From Cyanobacteria bacterium P01_A01_bin.123 (GTDB lineage: Bacteria > Cyanobacteriota > Cyanobacteriia > Phormidesmidales > Phormidesmidaceae): a DNA stretch of 64,000 nt. A program made the position numbers and the translations under genes. Numbering within the stretch: position 1 is the stretch's first letter; every line of letters begins with the position of its first letter. This document shows, piece after piece, positions 59,069 through 64,000 of the stretch. A model generated the notes under the pieces. It was not told where the DNA came from. It searched no databases and saw only the letters and a program-made list of their open reading frames with translations. Where the stretch lies: contig JBCBZT010000006.1 in the NCBI GenBank assembly GCA_039815185.1, positions 152,239-216,238 of the forward strand. Direction: 5' to 3'.

Positions 59069-60066
59069 GCTGCGACATTCCCATCCCATTCGCCATTGCC
59101 GACTTCAGAAACATCAAAGCCGATAATGGTTCTGCCCGTGTCAACTATCGTGCGCAGCAGGCAAAATACCTCTTCGAGTTCTAGCCCTCCCGGAACCGGG
59201 GTGCCGGTATTGGGGCAAAGTTTGGGGTCGAGCCCATCGACATCAAAGCTGACGTAGACACGTTGGGGCAAATTTGCCACGATCTGCTGACAAGATTTGA
59301 GCCAGGGAATACCGCTGTAGCGATCGCGCTTCAGCACCCCGTCATAATAAGGCACAATACGGCCCTGGGACTGTTGAATTAGGGTTACCTCATCCTGGCA
59401 GAGGTCTCGAATACCCACCTGCACTAGCTTGCTGACCTGGGGGATGGCTAACACATTGTGCATAATCGACGCATGGGAAAACTGAAAGCCCTGGTAGGCA
59501 TGACGCAGATCGGCATGGGCATCGACGTGCAGAATGCCAAAATCTGCTTCGACTCGGGCTAGAGCCTGTAAGTAACCCAGGGGGACACTGTGGTCTCCAC
59601 CGATGACGCCTACCCGTTTACCCAGGCTCAGGGCTTGGCTGGCTTGATCATATAGCCATTGATTGACCGTTGCACAAGCTTGATTGAGGGTTTGCCGTAG
59701 GGCTGATAATTCAGGGTTGATATCAATGCGATCGCCTCGCTCAGTCGCTTCAACAATCTGGGCTGCTTTTGGTCGCAAATGCCGATTTTTTGTTTCTATC
59801 CAGGCTGGGATTTCGAGCATGAAAATGCCCCGTTGCCATCCTTCGGGGTTGTCAAAGTCATAGAGGTCGAGTTGAGGAGAAGCCGATAAGACAGCTGCAG
59901 GGCCTTGGGCTGTACCCGCGTGGTACGACACTGTAACCTCCCACGGAACGCCGATCAAAACAATGCCTGCACTGTTGTAGTCGAAGGGCAATCCACAAAA
60001 GTTACCGTTGTCGAGTCCCACGCCGCTGGGGTCAAAGGATTGCACAATATCGTTAGGGTGGACCAT
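59029..60066 (-). CDS. speB: Agmatinase/ureohydrolase family protein
   Basis: GGDHS, HVDAHAD, FSHAS, SFDVDGLDP, TGTPVPGG. Confidence 0.82.
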   Translation of the reverse strand: MVHPNDIVQSFDPSGVGLDNGNFCGLPFDYNSAGIVLIGVPWEVTVSYHAGTAQGPAAVLSASPQLDLYDFDNPEGWQRGIFMLEIPAWIETKNRHLRPKAAQIVEATERGDRIDINPELSALRQTLNQACATVNQWLYDQASQALSLGKRVGVIGGDHSVPLGYLQALARVEADFGILHVDAHADLRHAYQGFQFSHASIMHNVLAIPQVSKLVQVGIRDLCQDEVTLIQQSQGRIVPYYDGVLKRDRYSGIPWLKSCQQIVANLPQRVYVSFDVDGLDPKLCPNTGTPVPGGLELEEVFCLLRTIVDTGRTIIGFDVSEVGNGEWDGNVAARAVYKLCNLLGD

Positions 60067-60069
60067 AGA

Positions 60070-60116
60070 ATGTTTCCCCTGATGCTCAAAACTCAAGTTT
60101 TCAAATCGGAGGTGAC
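60070..60116 (-). repeat. Copy of intergenic repeat between amylase and speB
   Basis: 60088-60114 matches 51744-51770 at 24/27. Confidence 0.7.
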
Positions 60117-61478
60117 TTAAGCAGCGTCAGATTGGCATTGTGCCCAGGGTACCCGAACAAAATAAAGTGCGTCGCGGTCCTCAATCTCAACGCCACCGCG
60201 TTCCCAAGTCCCCCAACGGGTGATGATTTTATGGTCATTGTCTTGCCATTCAATCGCGACCGTAAATGCGAAACGCAGCTCCTCATAACATCCCTCTAGA
60301 TTTGACTGGGTTAAGTCTAGAACGGGAATGTCGAATTCTCTTGCTGCTTTATTAATCAGGAAAAACCCTTCTTCGCCACGTTCCATGAGCAGCGCTGTGG
60401 GGCTGTCAATGGCGGCAAGAACGGTCTCTTGGGTATTCGCACCTGCGTCGGCGCGATCGCCCATGATTTTGCGAAACTGCACTCCATATTTCAAGTAAGC
60501 AATGCGGAAATTATCGATATTTAGCACCAGTGGCGTGCCCCCTTCGCGGGCCAGCACATAGGCCGTCGCCAAGTGAGCATCCGCAGGAGAATCATAGGGA
60601 TAAACGGCATGATCATTGATTTCAAGCACGGTGTCATGATTTCGGGCAAAGGTGACGCTGCGACTATCGTTGAGGGCAGTAGGCAACCGCAGCGATCGCA
60701 GATCGCCCCCAAAACTAAATGCCTGCCGCAGCGTTTGATACAGTCGAAAGTCACTCACTGCCGCAATCCAGCTATATTCTTCAAGCTGGGTATTCACATC
60801 TTCAATCACTTCCAGATAGTTCCAGGTGTCGGCTTCATTGGCCACATCAATATAGGTTTGCAGCACAGCTTGAGGCATATGCTTAGCTGCATCAAAGCGA
60901 AACCCATCAACACCCAGGTTGAGCAACAGTTGCAAATGATTTTTGTGAATCTGTTGGACGTTATCGCGGCTCACGTCTAAATCAGGCAGGTCTCCCAACC
61001 AACAACTGTGCATTGTCCATTTGAGTAGCCGATCAAAATAGTTGGTTTCGCAAAAGGGTTGAAAGTCTGCCGGGCCAAAGGTTGGAAAGTTAAGATCGGC
61101 AAATTCTGGCATATTGGCCATGTGATTAAACACCACATCAGCAATCACCTTGATATTGCAGCCATGGGCAGTTTCAATCAGCGATCGCAGCTCGGCCTCA
61201 CTACCCCGACCTTCAATCACCCGATGATCAATCGGTTGATAGCGACTCCACCAAGGAGCAGCGGGGTTAGACTTTTGAGCTGGCGCAATTTGCACATGGG
61301 AGTAGCCCTGCTCGGCAATCGTGCACACCGAGGTTTCGAGATCGGCGTAGAACTGATCGTGGGCATGAAAAATAGCCGTGGGTTGTTCCGCTGCGTTCGC
61401 TCCCCAGAGCGGGACTGCGACCATTGCCCCCATTGGCAAAATCCAACTTAACCCCAACACCATTCCAACAAATTTCAT
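60117..61478 (-). CDS. GH13 alpha-amylase, probably exported
   Basis: YQP, DVVFNH, GFRFDAAKH, YLEV, NHD; hydrophobic N-terminus after ATG 61478. Confidence 0.85.
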   Translation of the reverse strand: MKFVGMVLGLSWILPMGAMVAVPLWGANAAEQPTAIFHAHDQFYADLETSVCTIAEQGYSHVQIAPAQKSNPAAPWWSRYQPIDHRVIEGRGSEAELRSLIETAHGCNIKVIADVVFNHMANMPEFADLNFPTFGPADFQPFCETNYFDRLLKWTMHSCWLGDLPDLDVSRDNVQQIHKNHLQLLLNLGVDGFRFDAAKHMPQAVLQTYIDVANEADTWNYLEVIEDVNTQLEEYSWIAAVSDFRLYQTLRQAFSFGGDLRSLRLPTALNDSRSVTFARNHDTVLEINDHAVYPYDSPADAHLATAYVLAREGGTPLVLNIDNFRIAYLKYGVQFRKIMGDRADAGANTQETVLAAIDSPTALLMERGEEGFFLINKAAREFDIPVLDLTQSNLEGCYEELRFAFTVAIEWQDNDHKIITRWGTWERGGVEIEDRDALYFVRVPWAQCQSDAA

Positions 61479-61496
61479 CGCCGTGCGCGTTTGATC

Positions 61497-61527
61497 AACC
61501 ACATCTGATTTGAACCCTTGAGGTTTT
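61497..61527 (+). repeat. Half copy of intergenic repeat upstream of amylase
   Basis: AACCACATCTGATTTGAACCCTTGAGGTTTT. Confidence 0.6.
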
Positions 61528-61623
61528 GTCGCTTTGTCCACAGTAAACAAAATAAAAAGGACACTGATTTCAGCGTCCTAGATATATGGGCTAGTCGTGT
61601 AGTGTGCAGAGAATACGAAACTG

Positions 61624-62343
61624 CTATTCAGCAGCAGTGGCGAGTTCAGTGCTGCCCCGGCGACGGTTGCGGGTCAAGGTGTTGAACAACATTTGACCAA
61701 TTGCCTTCACCAAGTTGCCCTCAAGTTCTTGGAACAACTTCATGTTGATCCCAAAGGCATCGTTGGCTTCGTTGACAATTGCCTCAGCCATGGCGTCATC
61801 TACAGGCATGGCATCTAAGCCATCGCGGTATGCCTGCTTGAAGGCTTTCTCGTCGTCGATTTCGTCGAACTCATAGAAAGCAGTGCCTTCACCGTCATTT
61901 AGGTTCATTGCCCGTTGCGCAATACCTTTGAGAATCTGCCCACCCGAGAGATCGCCCAAATAGCGCGTGTAAGAATGACCCACCAACAGTTCGGGCTGGT
62001 TATTTGAAACCTCTCGCACCCGGTCAACATAGGCCTGACCGGCCGCTGAAGGGGTAACTTGCTCTTGCCAGTTGGGGCCGTAGTAATAGGCCAGATCTCC
62101 TTCCAGAGTGGCTTTGCGATGCAGCTCTGGCATATAGATCTGAGAAACAACGGGGTGATTGCGATGGCGCTCTAGCTCTTCTTCCATCGCAGTGTAGACG
62201 AAGTAAAAATTGGCTACCAATTTTCGGTAGGAATTTTTCTCCACCACACCTCTGAGAAAACAGCGGACAAAGCCCACGTTCTCAGCCATGGTGTGCGCCT
62301 TCTTGGTACCCTCACGGAGCTTGGTCGCTAAATTACTGCTCAT
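61624..62343 (-). CDS. ho1: Heme oxygenase (biliverdin-producing)
   Basis: LREGTKKAHTMAEN, HSYTRYLGDLSGGQIL. Confidence 0.95.
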   Translation of the reverse strand: MSSNLATKLREGTKKAHTMAENVGFVRCFLRGVVEKNSYRKLVANFYFVYTAMEEELERHRNHPVVSQIYMPELHRKATLEGDLAYYYGPNWQEQVTPSAAGQAYVDRVREVSNNQPELLVGHSYTRYLGDLSGGQILKGIAQRAMNLNDGEGTAFYEFDEIDDEKAFKQAYRDGLDAMPVDDAMAEAIVNEANDAFGINMKLFQELEGNLVKAIGQMLFNTLTRNRRRGSTELATAAE

Positions 62344-62546
62344 ACTAAACGTCTCGCTAGTGGCAATCTTAAACAGTCATAAAAATCTTGACTCTAAGAA
62401 ATCAGCGTAGACTGATTTGATCAGCGTTTTTATTACATTTTTTTACGCTGGTAGCGTTAATTCTAGAGGCACAAAACGCCTGTACAGCAGAACTTAACCT
62501 GTATTTCAATCAACCCAAAAAAGTGCAAATATTAACTTAAGTAAAC

Positions 62547-62801
62547 TCAGCCATCCTCTGATACGTCAATTTTTAGTTCGGCTAAGGTCTGCCAACCCGC
62601 CTGCCAAAGGGTACGATTCTTGAGCTGTTTGGCATTAATCCAAAACCGCGCTTCTGGATCACAAGACGCAACCAACTCCGCAAAGATTAACCCACCCTGA
62701 TTTTTGCGATTAACCACCTGAAAGTGTCGCCAACCTAGGGTTTTATGCTGGGCAGTCCATTTGGAACCCACTAAGTGGGGAAATTTTTGTTTCTTGGTCA
62801 T
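62547..62801 (-). CDS. TIGR02450-like Trp-rich small protein
   Basis: GSKWTA, WRHFQV, WQAGW. Confidence 0.75.
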   Translation of the reverse strand: MTKKQKFPHLVGSKWTAQHKTLGWRHFQVVNRKNQGGLIFAELVASCDPEARFWINAKQLKNRTLWQAGWQTLAELKIDVSEDG

Positions 62802-62871
62802 TGACGGCTGGTGGGTTGTTCCAGAGAGGATGCGAGGGGTAGGGGGTTAAAGTAGGGTTGCGTCATATCAC

Positions 62872-63993
62872 CTACTTTCTCTCGCGGAATAAAGCTTTCA
62901 GCCAGGTAAATAATCCCTCAATCCAGGCTTCTAGTTGAGAAAGAAGCTGATCGATCCACCGCAGCAGCTTTTCCAGGGGATGCTCAATATATTCCACCAG
63001 GGTGGCTTTCGTTTCTAAGCAGTGGGAATTGGGCAGTGGAGTTGGAGTGGGGTTGTCCAGAGGCTGATCGATTTCGAGAGTTACTGCCTGTTGTCGCTTG
63101 GGCTTGGGGATGACTGCCGTTGTGCTTGCTTGGCGGGGCGCTTGAGTAGGGCCTGACGGTGAGATTGGGGTGGCGATCGCGCTCAAGGTCACAAGCTGGG
63201 TAGTCGGGGTTTGAGCAGACCCTAACGGGGGAAAGACCACGGTCGCCGGTAAGTGGTCTGACGGAGGATGGGGCGGCGATGGCGGCAGCATTTTGGCCCT
63301 GATTTGATGGAGGACTGGGGGCAATTTAATTTGAGCCAAACGGTTTGCTAACTCTGAGGTGTATAGCCAATGGGTTGCGATTGCCGTTAATCGAGCTCGA
63401 TAATCAATCAGCACGGGTAGCACCACAGGGCGGAGCTGAGACGCCTCCTTGGCGGGGACAGCGGATGTGATTTGAGCTGTGCTAGCTAGCTGAGCGGCTT
63501 GGGCCTGAGCATCTAAAGCGTGGGATAGCCGTAACTGCAAGGTTTCGAATAGCTCTGCTTCTTTAAACAAATTGGCCGCGATCGCGACTGGGCCTAACTG
63601 TATCCACCCCATCAGCCGCCGCAAACCATTGATGGGGGGGAGGGCCCGGTTTGATACTTTGGGAGGCGCAAGAATGCCGAGACGCGATCGCAGTCTGCGG
63701 TCTGTCTGCCGCTTGCGATAAAAATAGTCGGCCAGTACCCAGCTGATCTGCTGACGCAATTGGTCTTGCTGTTCAGGTGTTAGCCCCAGCCAAACTAAAT
63801 TTTGTTCGCCCACTAAGACTAGGGCGTGATCTTCAAGCTGACAGGCAATGCCGTGGATTGAGCGGGGCAGGGATTTGAGGGTGGATGGGTGGGGTTGCCG
63901 TAGGGTGGCTGTGCGCGATCGGGCTGCCGCTAATGAGGGCTCGGGGAGTGGGGGAGTGGGGGAGTGGGGAAAAGCAAGCCCTTGGTTATGCGG
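62872..63993 (-). pseudogene. Hypothetical protein, probably N-terminally frameshifted at an octamer repeat
   Basis: Frame is open to 63993 with no start codon before GTG 63813; TAA at 63994-63996; (GGGGAGTG)3 at 63943-63966. Confidence 0.4.
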
Positions 63994-64000
63994 TTACCGA

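Larger units (their letters stand above)
1..64000. repeat. HIP1 octamer GCGATCGC dispersed throughout
   Basis: Dozens of copies in coding and noncoding DNA, e.g. 5281, 30364, 42553. Confidence 0.95.

Noticed and set aside
298..62150. Many short overlapping or antisense ORFs in the track
   Set aside because: Shadows of well-supported genes, with no independent motifs.

Overview
Chromosomal segment of a cyanobacterium, probably a filamentous Leptolyngbya/Nodosilinea-like strain (inferred from abundant HIP1 GCGATCGC octamers and genes such as cugP, ho1, Tab2, DUF3110 and ComFB). It is mostly housekeeping DNA: rimM, avtA, glgP, ABC1 kinase, cugP, sbcC, murQ, tamB, lepB, murF, dnaA (no adjacent dnaN), argH, rpsF with its leader, dnaX, speB and ho1. 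Accessory pieces are two tandem RTX-tailed M14 carboxypeptidases, a multi-sensor kinase, a SpeD-SpeE fusion, a secreted repeat protein, a PadR three-gene module and an alpha-amylase. I found no rRNA, tRNA or CRISPR. The most notable signals are: (1) a small basic ORF (5411-5668) with a KGKGGS motif and an intrinsic terminator inside its reading frame, the architecture of non-stop-mRNA-regulated ribosome rescue factors (ArfA/BrfA/ArfT); (2) a ~65-bp quasi-palindromic intergenic repeat family (5-6 copies) that brackets this ORF plus a degenerate RAYT-like HUH gene, and also brackets the amylase gene; (3) structured RNA candidates upstream of speD-speE and of the ABC1 kinase; (4) repeated small duplications across stop codons and a probable octamer-repeat frameshift at the right edge. 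All calls come from reading the sequence; no database searches were run.
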